DNA of 64,000 nucleotides, from positions 1 to 64,000 of IMG/VR virus record IMGVR_UViG_3300035696_000018; one strand, written 5' to 3'. How positions within the stretch are numbered: position 1 is the stretch's first letter; the number at the start of each line of letters is the position of its first letter. The notes beneath the pieces were generated by a model. That model ran no database searches. It saw nothing but the letters and a program-made list of their open reading frames with translations, and was not told the origin of the DNA. The DNA is from a virus. Both the position numbers and the translations under genes were made by a program. Shown here piece after piece: positions 53,351 through 63,520 of this stretch.

Positions 53351-54526
53351 ATGATAAAGCACATCAATCACCAGAATGTCTCGACGACGCCGTTCGTTGC
53401 GGCTAAGTCTCGTGCTTTATCTAACATTCAGAATGCGGATACTGTAATTCTCGAACCATCTGGCTATCCAGATGGAACCAATGTATCGCTCGACTACATT
53501 GATTACAATTCGGGAGACCCCATCATCAACCGAGAGTGCGACATTGCTCTTGAGCAGCAAGACCTCGACTCACTTGGTTATGAAGAGGGCATCACTGGTT
53601 CTGCGAAGTTCAATCCCGACACGGACCCCCAAAACACTGATGGAACGTACAAAAGCCTCGTCCATCGAACGATTAAGAATGCTTTCTACAACGATTACCG
53701 GAACCCCACGGAAATCTTCGGTATTGAGCATATTGACTTCCCATTAAGTAAAACTCTCCGAAACCTTTCCGACAAGTTCAGGATGTTCAGCATTCCTCAA
53801 CTTGTGTTTGGCGACAAAATCAAGCCCCAAAGCGTACAGTTTTACGATAACCTCCTTGATGACAATGTTGTCATTACGGATGATGGGTATCAAAATCTAG
53901 TCGCTGGCACCAACCTCTTCTCGAAGGTCCAAGAGGTCAGATTTTATCCATCGGGAGGAAACTATGTCATCACGGGGTCGGTCACTTCAAGTTACATTTG
54001 CCCGACGTACACGGATACCAAATCGGTCTCGGATGGGGATGCTGGCTATATGTTTGTCGGATTTTGCAGTGGAAGCATATTCGATACCACTGTCTTTGTT
54101 TTTCAATCTCAATCTGTACAAGCAAACATTGCATTCCAATATGGAAGCCTTGCTAATGGAGTAGCAAAGACCGAGTATCCGGTAATGAATCTGTCATTTT
54201 TGAGTGGTTCATTGCTTAATGCCATCGTTTCTTCGTCGTACCCACCAGAGTCAGCTTCATTTAGTATGGGATTCTTGAGCGGTTCTATCTTCGATACCCT
54301 TATTTATATCAATGGAGGTAGTGATACCGGGTCAATGGCGAGCATTGGATTCTTGAGCGGGTCCATTTTTGACACTTTGATTGCCGTTTCTGGAAGCAAC
54401 GAAACCTCGTCTTTCGTAATGACTTTCTTAAGCGGTTCAGTATTTACTGGACTGGTAATAGCCCCGTCTCAATACGAAAGCAGCGGGACGCTACAAATCG
54501 GATTTAACAGCGGTTACATTACGTAA
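53351..54526 (+). CDS. structural protein, paralog of 55932-56648, with FLSGS repeats
   Basis: shared LDYIDY..G.P..NR.C.IALEQQD; repeated (G/S/T)FLSGS. Confidence 0.7.
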   Translation: MIKHINHQNVSTTPFVAAKSRALSNIQNADTVILEPSGYPDGTNVSLDYIDYNSGDPIINRECDIALEQQDLDSLGYEEGITGSAKFNPDTDPQNTDGTYKSLVHRTIKNAFYNDYRNPTEIFGIEHIDFPLSKTLRNLSDKFRMFSIPQLVFGDKIKPQSVQFYDNLLDDNVVITDDGYQNLVAGTNLFSKVQEVRFYPSGGNYVITGSVTSSYICPTYTDTKSVSDGDAGYMFVGFCSGSIFDTTVFVFQSQSVQANIAFQYGSLANGVAKTEYPVMNLSFLSGSLLNAIVSSSYPPESASFSMGFLSGSIFDTLIYINGGSDTGSMASIGFLSGSIFDTLIAVSGSNETSSFVMTFLSGSVFTGLVIAPSQYESSGTLQIGFNSGYIT

Positions 54527-54546
54527 TCACAAATAGGAGATGACAC

Positions 54547-55923
54547 ATGAATAACGAAACGTACAATCTTGGAGGAATGCACCACCAACTGGAAGGAGCC
54601 TTTAAGGTTTCGGTGGTTGACGCCAAGACAAATGAAATCGTCTGGTCGCAGCCAGATTGGCATAAGAATTTGATTCTTAACACAGGCATGAACCAAATCG
54701 TGGGCACAACCTACGCTGGAATGTTTTCGGCGGGTATTGTCGGAACAGGTACGAGAACAAACTCGGCCCCCGGGAATAATGCTGTCATTTCTCAAACGGG
54801 AACGACAGTCACGCTTACATCCGACCCAACATTTTTGGCGTTTACCCAATCCCTCGGTGGATACACCCAAACCCTCGAAATAGGAGACGTGATTGTATTC
54901 GCTACGGGGTCGGGAGGAACGACCAACGTGTTGGTCACGGGAGGAATCAGTGGAACATCTTGTACCGTCAACAAAAGCGTGTCTCTGACGAACAACAATT
55001 TCACAATCTGGAAGACCTCTGCCCCAGGACTACAAACCGAAGTCAAACGAGCCGATGGATATAACATCGCAAACACCGCTGTTATTGGTGGTCAAGGAAA
55101 CTGTGGAACCACGATTGTCGGAAACATCATTTCCATGCAAAAGACGTGGGACTTCGCTCCAGAAGTTTCATTGGTCAACTATACCGAAGTCGGAATTGGA
55201 TGGTCTTATCTTGTAGGATACCCAGGTTCCACGTTTAGCCGTCTTCTTCTCCCATTTGCAGTTCCAGTTGGAAGTGGGCAAAAGATTCGTTTGGCCTATC
55301 AGCTTCAAGTGTCTATTTACCCAACGGCATCTATTGCACGCCCAGATGCAACTATTACGGGATGGACGCAGGTAAGCCCAAGTGGAAGTACTACACAAGG
55401 CTCGGAATCCCTTCAAACGGTTCTTTCGGGTGGACCAAACGGAAGTGGGCAGTTTACCTACGCTATGATTCAGTATCTCGATTACAACGGAGCCGTACAA
55501 GGATACGCCTCTCTTGACCCAGCATCCACCAGCAACTATTGTTCGTTTTTCATTGCGACGAACTCTCAATCCTTGCAGCCGTTCAACAGTGCCATTGACC
55601 GAACGGGGACGGGAATCAACACAACATCTGGATTCGCTGGAATGTACAGTGACCAAGGAACATTGCCATATCAAAATGCCTATGTTGCCAACTCGTTCAC
55701 CGTCAATAAAACGGCAACGTTTGGGCTTTACACAATGTCCGGAAACAGCAACATCCGTTCGATGGGATTTGGATATAGCTATCAGAACGTTGGATACAAC
55801 TATTCCACCCAACCTGGGACTCAAGCGTTTTGTTTCGTGTTTGACCACAACCAATACAAAGCGAGTACTCAGACGCTCACGCTCTCGTACACATGGACGT
55901 GGGATAGAACCTACGTGGCATAA
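54547..55923 (+). CDS. structural protein
   Basis: HKNLILNTGM, TEVGIG, K...TL.L.Y pattern. Confidence 0.65.
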   Translation: MNNETYNLGGMHHQLEGAFKVSVVDAKTNEIVWSQPDWHKNLILNTGMNQIVGTTYAGMFSAGIVGTGTRTNSAPGNNAVISQTGTTVTLTSDPTFLAFTQSLGGYTQTLEIGDVIVFATGSGGTTNVLVTGGISGTSCTVNKSVSLTNNNFTIWKTSAPGLQTEVKRADGYNIANTAVIGGQGNCGTTIVGNIISMQKTWDFAPEVSLVNYTEVGIGWSYLVGYPGSTFSRLLLPFAVPVGSGQKIRLAYQLQVSIYPTASIARPDATITGWTQVSPSGSTTQGSESLQTVLSGGPNGSGQFTYAMIQYLDYNGAVQGYASLDPASTSNYCSFFIATNSQSLQPFNSAIDRTGTGINTTSGFAGMYSDQGTLPYQNAYVANSFTVNKTATFGLYTMSGNSNIRSMGFGYSYQNVGYNYSTQPGTQAFCFVFDHNQYKASTQTLTLSYTWTWDRTYVA

Positions 55924-55931
55924 GATGAGTC

Positions 55932-56648
55932 ATGATTAAGCAACTCAAAAAGACGGACGTAATGGTTTCGCCTTTCCGTGCCAACAAGGCACGGGAGTTG
56001 TTTAATGTACAGAACTCGTCGTGCCCCATTCTTGAAGAGTTATCTTCGAGCGTAGAGATTCCCGACACCCAAATCGCTCTCGACTACATTGACTACATCA
56101 CGGGGGAGCCATTGCTCAACCGTGATTGCAATATCGCCCTTGAGCAACAGGACGAAGACATAGCCGTTTACGAGGAAGGAGTGAGCGGCAGCTTGAAACC
56201 GTATAACCCCTCTGTGGATTCCTTCAACATCACTGGCACGTCAAAATTGCTTCTCTACAATCAGATGCGGCAGGCTTTTTATAACGGTTATCAAAACCCG
56301 ACCGAACTGTTTGGAATGGAGAATATTGACCTTCAACTGTCGAAAACGAATCGTTTTTTGGCAGATGATTTCCGAATGTTTACGATTCCCCGTCTCACGA
56401 TGGGAGACCGAATTCAGCCAGGAAGTGTCCAGTTTCAGGATACGGCGTTCGATGACAATGTTCGGATTCAAGATGATTCCAACGGCAACCTGATTGCGGG
56501 GGATTACCTATTCTCGAAGATTCAAGAGGTCCGACTTATTGGAAATCAAATCTTGCAAGGTTCGGCTTCTTACAGTTGTTCTGTCTATTATGAGGGGCCA
56601 CCAATGTTCATACCTAAAATCACTGCAAGCTATACGCTTCCCCCATAA
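55932..56648 (+). CDS. structural protein, paralog of 53351-54526
   Basis: direct sequence similarity. Confidence 0.7.
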   Translation: MIKQLKKTDVMVSPFRANKARELFNVQNSSCPILEELSSSVEIPDTQIALDYIDYITGEPLLNRDCNIALEQQDEDIAVYEEGVSGSLKPYNPSVDSFNITGTSKLLLYNQMRQAFYNGYQNPTELFGMENIDLQLSKTNRFLADDFRMFTIPRLTMGDRIQPGSVQFQDTAFDDNVRIQDDSNGNLIAGDYLFSKIQEVRLIGNQILQGSASYSCSVYYEGPPMFIPKITASYTLPP

Positions 56649-58381
56649 TGAATGCATCGGTATTAGTGAACTGGACGTACCAAGGAACCGATGATACCGG
56701 CTTTCTGTTGGAACGCTCCACCGACTCGGGGTCTTCATATCCCCTCGAATGGGGGTTCGATAAGAATACCCTGACGTACACTGATACGGATGTTGTTGTC
56801 AATGGAACGTATTGGTATCGAGTCGCTGCTAGAAACACAAATGGACTTGGCGGTTTCAGCAATTTGGCAGTCGTTTTCATTTCTCCACCTGCCTTTGACC
56901 AGACTCTCCTTACAGCGTCTCAATACAACTACGAACTGCAAGTCAACTTGAGTTGGAGTTACTCTGGGTCAAGTCAAGGAAATACAGATTTCTTCTTGGT
57001 CGAAAAGTCAAGTGATTTGGGAGCAACGTATCCAGTTTCGTGGTCGGTGACGGCCCCAGCATCAACTTGGAGTGATAATCTCCCGATGACTTACAGCAGT
57101 TACTATGATTATCGGGTCACTCCACATATTGACTTGAACCTTTACGGCCCTCCGAGCAACGTTTCTCGCTCGTTCATGCAAGCCCCGATTGGAACCGTGT
57201 ACACTTGGCAAACGGGGTCATCCGCAATAGCTTTTTGGAACTATCTAGGAACGTATTCAATGTCGCTTTCTCGTTCGGCGGATGGTGGAGTGACATGGCC
57301 ATTGACGACGGTCATTACTCCTTCATCATCGTCAACTTACTATTTCATTGATAACTCCACGTCTGCTGGAACGACCTATACGTATAGGATTCAAGAAATC
57401 GCTCGTCCAAATCAGCCAAATAGCACAGGTCCAGAAAAAACCATTCTCCAATATTCGACAACGACGAGTCTAGCATACGCAAGCGACCCTGGATATGACT
57501 ATTCGAATGTCGGCGACCTGATTACATGGGAACTTCACACCGCCTCGTTGCTTCAAGCAAATGACTCGGCCCGTGGCCAGTTTAGTATCAGCCGATTTTT
57601 GTTGGGTGGGGATGAGGGGCACGTCAACTGGCATGGTGGGTATCAGTTTTTGACCTTCCAATTGCTTGGTCCAACCGAGAGTATTTGGCCAACCTTTGGA
57701 AATCACGACCAAGCTGATATGGGTGGTGGTGCGGCATTCATTCACTATTTCGGATTGAGAACCGTCAACTACACTTGGAAAGAAGGATGCGTTCAAGGTT
57801 TTGTCATTCAAACCGTCTCCGAGACCGATACGACAATGACAAGTGGAAGTGCCCCGTGGCTATTTTTGAGTCGTTCGCTGTCATCTTCATTGAATGACCC
57901 GAGTGTAGCGTGGAGAATTGCGATGATTCACTCTTCTCCAATCTGTTCTCCGTTTTTGCATCCGCCAAACCCATTGGCATCCGCTATTCCGTGGCAACAA
58001 TGGGGAGTAAATATAGTGTTTTCGGGGCATAATCACATTGCAGAACGACTTGAATCTGGCTCAGTTCTTCATGTGATGAATGGAACATTTGCCAATTCCA
58101 AGACGAATTACTATCTGCGTGGGTCTCCCCATCCATATAGCAAAAACATATTCTCCAATGCAAATGACGGAAACGGCCCATATTTCAAAGGATACCTTTG
58201 GAACAACATTCTGGCGACTCCGCAGTACTTGTCCATGTCCTTTTACAGCGGTTCGACGAAAGTTCCCGACACGTCATCAACGTCAATCCCAGGTGCCCAT
58301 ATGGATGGAGGAAGTTTCATTTGGCAACATCTCCCGCCGCTTGCAACTCCATCGTTAACTTCCAGCACATTGTCCGTTTAA
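56648..58381 (+). CDS. Fn3-repeat protein fused to a calcineurin-like metallophosphoesterase
   Basis: Fn3 W..GF..ERS..Y.YRV.A.N; SD.G, GGD, GNHD, H, SGHNH motifs. Confidence 0.75.
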   Translation: MNASVLVNWTYQGTDDTGFLLERSTDSGSSYPLEWGFDKNTLTYTDTDVVVNGTYWYRVAARNTNGLGGFSNLAVVFISPPAFDQTLLTASQYNYELQVNLSWSYSGSSQGNTDFFLVEKSSDLGATYPVSWSVTAPASTWSDNLPMTYSSYYDYRVTPHIDLNLYGPPSNVSRSFMQAPIGTVYTWQTGSSAIAFWNYLGTYSMSLSRSADGGVTWPLTTVITPSSSSTYYFIDNSTSAGTTYTYRIQEIARPNQPNSTGPEKTILQYSTTTSLAYASDPGYDYSNVGDLITWELHTASLLQANDSARGQFSISRFLLGGDEGHVNWHGGYQFLTFQLLGPTESIWPTFGNHDQADMGGGAAFIHYFGLRTVNYTWKEGCVQGFVIQTVSETDTTMTSGSAPWLFLSRSLSSSLNDPSVAWRIAMIHSSPICSPFLHPPNPLASAIPWQQWGVNIVFSGHNHIAERLESGSVLHVMNGTFANSKTNYYLRGSPHPYSKNIFSNANDGNGPYFKGYLWNNILATPQYLSMSFYSGSTKVPDTSSTSIPGAHMDGGSFIWQHLPPLATPSLTSSTLSV

Positions 58382-58396
58382 CCGATATTTATATCT

Positions 58397-58975
58397 ATGG
58401 CATACGCCGCACTCATAACTTGGAATTACGTCCTCTCCGATGAAACGGGATTTTTGTTGCAACGTTCAACAAACTCTGGTTCGACGTGGACGTTGAATCT
58501 TCCGCAACCTGTGACCACTTCTTATGTGGATGCAGCCGTTGTGACGTACGGTACGTACTGGTATCGAATTGCCGCAACCAACCAATATGGAACGGGGTCA
58601 TTTAGTAACACGGGCAGTGTTTTCATTCCTGTCCTTCCACCAAATCCTCCAAGCAACCTGATGCTCGCAAGTGGGTCGGTTAGTGCGTCATGGCAATCTG
58701 GGTCAGTAGATTCCAATCATGGACCAACTGATTACTACACCTTTCAGAAATCTTTCGATGGCATCAACTTTTCGGAACTTCGTGTGACTCTCATTGAATC
58801 CACGATTGATACGAATGTTACGGCAAGTGTGGGTACAGGAAGTACTTACTGGTATGACGTTGCCGCAGTTAATACCGCTGGAACTTCAAGTTTCACTCCA
58901 ACGGCAAGCATTTCATTTACGTATAATCCAATTCCGCAGGCCGTTCCAAGATTGACTGCGAGTATCGTACCTTAA
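58397..58975 (+). CDS. Fn3-domain protein
   Basis: two Fn3 repeats. Confidence 0.75.
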   Translation: MAYAALITWNYVLSDETGFLLQRSTNSGSTWTLNLPQPVTTSYVDAAVVTYGTYWYRIAATNQYGTGSFSNTGSVFIPVLPPNPPSNLMLASGSVSASWQSGSVDSNHGPTDYYTFQKSFDGINFSELRVTLIESTIDTNVTASVGTGSTYWYDVAAVNTAGTSSFTPTASISFTYNPIPQAVPRLTASIVP

Positions 58976-58988
58976 CCACTAGAAACAT

Positions 58989-60647
58989 ATGGCAGGCGTA
59001 GCATCATCAATCAAATTGTTTACGGTTCCTCAAGCTGGTGGTACACTTACCGCCAGTTTTGCATCGGCTCAATCTATTTCACTAGGAGGCACTTCGACAG
59101 CTTTATCGGCATCAGGATTTTCTGCGACCATTCACGTCACGGCGAGCACTATAACTGCTGGTGGATATACCTTTAATGGATGGTATAACGGTGCTTCTCT
59201 GTTATCATCAAACGTTACTTATTCGTTCACAATAACAACTGGACAAAACGTATATTCAGCAAGTTTCTCGGGGGGCGGTGGACCGACAAACTATTCGGTG
59301 TCTCTCGCTGATAGCCCGAGTGGAAATTCCGTTCTCAGTGGAAGTGGTGTTTTTGCTTCGGGGAGTACCGTAACCGCCGCCGTGGGTCCGAACTATGGAT
59401 ATACCTTTTTGCAATGGACAACTGGTTCGGTCACTGCAAGTCTTTCTCCGACCTATTCATTTTCCATTGCCAACAACACTCAGCTTACAGCAAGCTTGGG
59501 GACAGCACCATTTTCAGTATCATTGGTCGCAAGTCCATCAGGAGATGCTACCCTAAGCGGCAGCGGAATCTTCCTTTCAGGGAGCACCGTGAGTGTTTCC
59601 GCAGGGCCAAACTATGGCTATACATTTTTGAACTGGACCTCGGCGTCAGTCAATGTCAGCACAAGTCCAACTTATTCGTTTGCCATTGGCAATACTCAAC
59701 AACTTACAGCAAGCCTCGGGAATGCGAGTTTCACGGCTTCCATCGCTGTAACCCCTTCTGGGTCTGCCTCTCTCAGCGGCAGTGGAATATACGTGTCGGG
59801 CAGCTTGGTGACAATTACGGCGACTCCTATTTTTGGATACGCCTTCAATGTTTGGACAACTGGCTCGGTAACGGCAAGTTCTTCTCCATCCTATACATTT
59901 GCCCTCGGAGAAAACGATTATTACACCGCCAGCGTTTACCCCGTGTACTATACGGTCTATACCGTAGATAACCCATTGGGAAGCACTGTCCTCAGTGGAA
60001 GCGGAACGTTTTTGTCGGGGAGCACTATTAGCGTCACTGCCACGGCGAATGCGGGATTCACCCCAGGAAGTTGGCTGACTGGCTCGACTACGGCAAGTGC
60101 ATTGCCAACTTATACGTTTGTTCTTGGAAGTGATACCTACCTTACTGCAAGCACAGACCCGATTTTCTACACGATAAATGCCGTCGCCATACCAGTTGGA
60201 AATGGAACAGCCACAGGCAGTGGAGTGTATCCGTACAATGGCACCGTGACATTGACCGAGAATACAAACTCTCGTTGTATTTTCGTTTCGTGGCTTGACG
60301 AAGGTGGGTCTCAACTAAGTACAAGCCAAAGTTACACTTTTACGGCAACTCGCAATGCGGTGATTACTGCTTCTTTCTACCACATACCATCGGTATCGTT
60401 GAACTGGGCGTACGACCTCACGGACGAAACGGTGTTTATGCTCCAACGTTCTAGCGATGGTCAAATAACATGGCCAGTTACAATATTCACCACGTCCACG
60501 CAGTCGGTAGATTACGACATAGCATACGACATCGAGTTGGGGGCACAATATTGGTATCAGGTTGCAGCAGTCAATAGTTATGGAACGGGGTCTTTCAGCA
60601 ACGTGGCGTACGTGAATATACCAGGGTTAATCCCGCCGCCCGTCTAA
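58989..60647 (+). CDS. InlB-B-repeat-like (Ig-like) repeat protein with C-terminal Fn3
   Basis: SGSG...GS.V...A.P..GY.F..W...S..YSF repeats. Confidence 0.75.
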   Translation: MAGVASSIKLFTVPQAGGTLTASFASAQSISLGGTSTALSASGFSATIHVTASTITAGGYTFNGWYNGASLLSSNVTYSFTITTGQNVYSASFSGGGGPTNYSVSLADSPSGNSVLSGSGVFASGSTVTAAVGPNYGYTFLQWTTGSVTASLSPTYSFSIANNTQLTASLGTAPFSVSLVASPSGDATLSGSGIFLSGSTVSVSAGPNYGYTFLNWTSASVNVSTSPTYSFAIGNTQQLTASLGNASFTASIAVTPSGSASLSGSGIYVSGSLVTITATPIFGYAFNVWTTGSVTASSSPSYTFALGENDYYTASVYPVYYTVYTVDNPLGSTVLSGSGTFLSGSTISVTATANAGFTPGSWLTGSTTASALPTYTFVLGSDTYLTASTDPIFYTINAVAIPVGNGTATGSGVYPYNGTVTLTENTNSRCIFVSWLDEGGSQLSTSQSYTFTATRNAVITASFYHIPSVSLNWAYDLTDETVFMLQRSSDGQITWPVTIFTTSTQSVDYDIAYDIELGAQYWYQVAAVNSYGTGSFSNVAYVNIPGLIPPPV

Positions 60648-60681
60648 AATGACCTCGAAGAGATATGTATAAAGCAGAGTT

Positions 60682-63123
60682 ATGTACGTCAATGTTCTAA
60701 ACAACAACTACGGCTACGCAGTGGCGACTTACGGCAACTACGTTGTCGTCTCCAACCCTGACCTTCTCCGATGGAATTCCGCAACTGCTTCGTTGCAGCA
60801 TTCGGGGACCGTGGATGTGTTTTTATACAACCGTGCCAAAGACGAGCACGATTACGTAGGAACGCTTTATCAGGTGTGGCGTCCGATGGATGTTCTCATG
60901 ACTTCGGAAGTCGTTTCTGCCTCGTGGCATATCACGACCGAAAACAACAATTGGTATCCCGATTATCAGATTTCGATTGACAAAGACCTCTACACGTCTT
61001 CCCTCGAAAACTCTTTTGGCAAATCTCTCGACATGTATGAGAATCTGGTGGTCGTCGGCACGCCTTATCTCACACAGGTATCTCAAACGACTGCCAGCTT
61101 TCTAACTGCATCTTACGCAATGGCAGAGGTTTATGACCTGAACGCACTCAAATGGACTGCCAATAGTCATAGTGCCGCCACGTTCACGATTGACGACCCA
61201 GACCTGTACATTGACCCCAATGCCGTGACAGGCTCGTTCGGGTGGTCGGTCTCAATCAGCAAAGATTGGCTCGCCGTGGGGTCTCCATTTTACAGTGCCT
61301 CCAACGGAGCGGTGTATATCTACAAAAATGTGAGTGCGGGGAACAATTACTCATGGTCGTTGTTCCAAAAAATCACCAGCCCAGAAACTTTCGACCAAGC
61401 ACAATTCGGCTTTAGCATGAAATTGAACAAGGCCGATAGCCAATACTCTTGGAGTTTGGTGGTAGGAAATGGGAACCCATCTGCTATTGAAGCATACCTG
61501 TACGAATACAGCGGAAGTGCGTGGTCACAATCCTATGTATTCCACCCCGATTACACCAACATGCCGTTGACGTTCAATCCGAAGTATTACGCACCACCAG
61601 GACAATTTCAGACCGTGTATGGCCCCGTGGACTTCCTTACGATGAACACCACCAATGGATTCGGATATTCGGTGGGGTGCTACGATGATTCCGTCATCAT
61701 CGGAGAACCATATGACCGTATGTTCTACGAGTTCAGCGGGTCAACGCTTTATCAACAGGGTTCAGCATACATATTCGAGCGTTGCACAGATTACCCACAC
61801 GGCTTCCAACAAGTTCTTAAGACCTATGGAACTCCTACCACCCTCTACAACAACCGCATGGGATGGTCCGTGGATATGTGGGGAACTAACGCCGTAGTAG
61901 GCATTCCAAAGCTTGATGTTGAGAGCATGACTTCGTGCTACATTGCGGGAACATTGAACCAACTTCACTATTGCAACGCCGACCTTCAAACACTTTTGAC
62001 TGGTCAAGCTATGCTTGTTCAGAAAAATACTGGGTCTGGTCAATGGGGCATCACCAACGTCTATCAGAAGAAGAAGAAATACCTCAGCCCATATCGTGAT
62101 TTCGGGTATGACGTTGCCGTAGCCGATGAATCAATGGTTGTAGGTTCCCCGATGTATCTATGGGATAGCAATCGTGAAATCAACATTGTCGTTACCCAGA
62201 GTGCTGATACTAACCTCGACGACCTTACGGGAAAAGCATACATTTACAATCTGCACAACCTCCGTGACCAGTTCCACGTTGGAAACGTATTCTATCGAAA
62301 CGGAAAGATTGTCATCATGACTTCTGGCTCGGTGTTTGATGGGTTGTTCTACGCCCCAATCAATACCTACACTTACGAATACGATTTGGAGTTCGAGAGT
62401 CAGCACACCATCCTTGAGAAACAAATCATTTGCACCGTGGACCCAGGCGAATTCAACGTAAGCACCAACCCATCCTCGGTTACGAAACAAGCCTCGATTT
62501 TGGACATCAACAACAACGGGGTGTTCGATTTCCAAGACGTGGACGTGATTCTTCGTTACATGCAGTACAAGAATACGCAGATTCTCGGCCTTCCAACCTC
62601 GTTCAATTGGAGTTCGTCCATTGTTACGACAGACGACGAGATAAGTTTACTGAACTACTATCAGGCCAACACTGATAGCAGCACGACGTTGTTCTATTTG
62701 AGTCAGAGTTTCAATACTTGGGAGAACGTGGATACTTCCATGCAAACCACCTTGGATTTGAACCAAGATAATCGCATTGATATTCGGGACATGAATATCA
62801 TGTGGAAGTACTTCTCCAATCGTTTGACTCAAGAGAACTATGCCACTTTCATTACCCCAGCGTGTAACCGTCGTTTGTTTAGCGACGTAATAGATTACCT
62901 CAACGGTTTGAGCAGGAAGTTCGCTCTGCCGACGATTCAAGCCCAATTCACGGATTACGAGCGTCTTTCGACGTTCGACAAGACAGGCTCGTATTTAGCC
63001 CCAATGGCCACTACAATCGGTTTGTACGATGGGTTAAGCCTTGTGGCCGTGGCCAAGCTTGGCACGCCAATCAAGATAACACCCGAATTGCCCATAAATT
63101 TCGTGGTGAAAATGGACTTCTAA
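60682..63123 (+). CDS. FG-GAP-repeat structural protein with dockerin/EF-hand pair
   Basis: FG.S...VG.P repeats; DINNNGVFDFQD and DLNQDNRIDIRD; collar-type C-terminus. Confidence 0.7.
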   Translation: MYVNVLNNNYGYAVATYGNYVVVSNPDLLRWNSATASLQHSGTVDVFLYNRAKDEHDYVGTLYQVWRPMDVLMTSEVVSASWHITTENNNWYPDYQISIDKDLYTSSLENSFGKSLDMYENLVVVGTPYLTQVSQTTASFLTASYAMAEVYDLNALKWTANSHSAATFTIDDPDLYIDPNAVTGSFGWSVSISKDWLAVGSPFYSASNGAVYIYKNVSAGNNYSWSLFQKITSPETFDQAQFGFSMKLNKADSQYSWSLVVGNGNPSAIEAYLYEYSGSAWSQSYVFHPDYTNMPLTFNPKYYAPPGQFQTVYGPVDFLTMNTTNGFGYSVGCYDDSVIIGEPYDRMFYEFSGSTLYQQGSAYIFERCTDYPHGFQQVLKTYGTPTTLYNNRMGWSVDMWGTNAVVGIPKLDVESMTSCYIAGTLNQLHYCNADLQTLLTGQAMLVQKNTGSGQWGITNVYQKKKKYLSPYRDFGYDVAVADESMVVGSPMYLWDSNREINIVVTQSADTNLDDLTGKAYIYNLHNLRDQFHVGNVFYRNGKIVIMTSGSVFDGLFYAPINTYTYEYDLEFESQHTILEKQIICTVDPGEFNVSTNPSSVTKQASILDINNNGVFDFQDVDVILRYMQYKNTQILGLPTSFNWSSSIVTTDDEISLLNYYQANTDSSTTLFYLSQSFNTWENVDTSMQTTLDLNQDNRIDIRDMNIMWKYFSNRLTQENYATFITPACNRRLFSDVIDYLNGLSRKFALPTIQAQFTDYERLSTFDKTGSYLAPMATTIGLYDGLSLVAVAKLGTPIKITPELPINFVVKMDF

Positions 63124-63155
63124 CGATATTTATAACTGTAAGGAAATAGACGACT

Positions 63156-63455
63156 ATGCCAACTCCAGTAACCAGACCATCATTGACGACCACCCTCGAC
63201 GTTCGCTATGCACAGCAACATGCAGGTGGTGCATTCGACGTGAAACAAGTTCTCGGTAATCCGGGCACGGAACCCGCCGTTGGCGAAGTCATTGACGCCG
63301 CCAGCCAGCAAGGTGTCAACAACCAGAACCCGAACGGATTTCAAGTGAAAATGATGCCGCAGGTATCGCAACTCAAGGTTGTTCAACAGGGTGGTGCCGG
63401 AAACAACTATTCGACCTACGTGAAGGGACTCGACACCACGAAGTACCATCCGTAA
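63156..63455 (+). CDS. hypothetical protein
   Basis: AAGGA RBS, TATTTATA upstream. Confidence 0.7.
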   Translation: MPTPVTRPSLTTTLDVRYAQQHAGGAFDVKQVLGNPGTEPAVGEVIDAASQQGVNNQNPNGFQVKMMPQVSQLKVVQQGGAGNNYSTYVKGLDTTKYHP

Positions 63456-63485
63456 ACAACCCATCTATAAAAACTCTTTCAACGA

Positions 63486-63518
63486 AGTCCTCCCGATAGT
63501 TATAGGGAGGACTTTTTG
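63486..63518 (+). terminator. intrinsic terminator
   Basis: AAGTCCTCCC..GGGAGGACTT then T-run. Confidence 0.7.
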
Positions 63519-63520
63519 TT

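Noticed and set aside
51519-60314. Long minus-strand ORFs (51519-52295, 55168-55854, 59646-60314)
   Set aside because: Antisense shadows of well-supported + strand structural genes.
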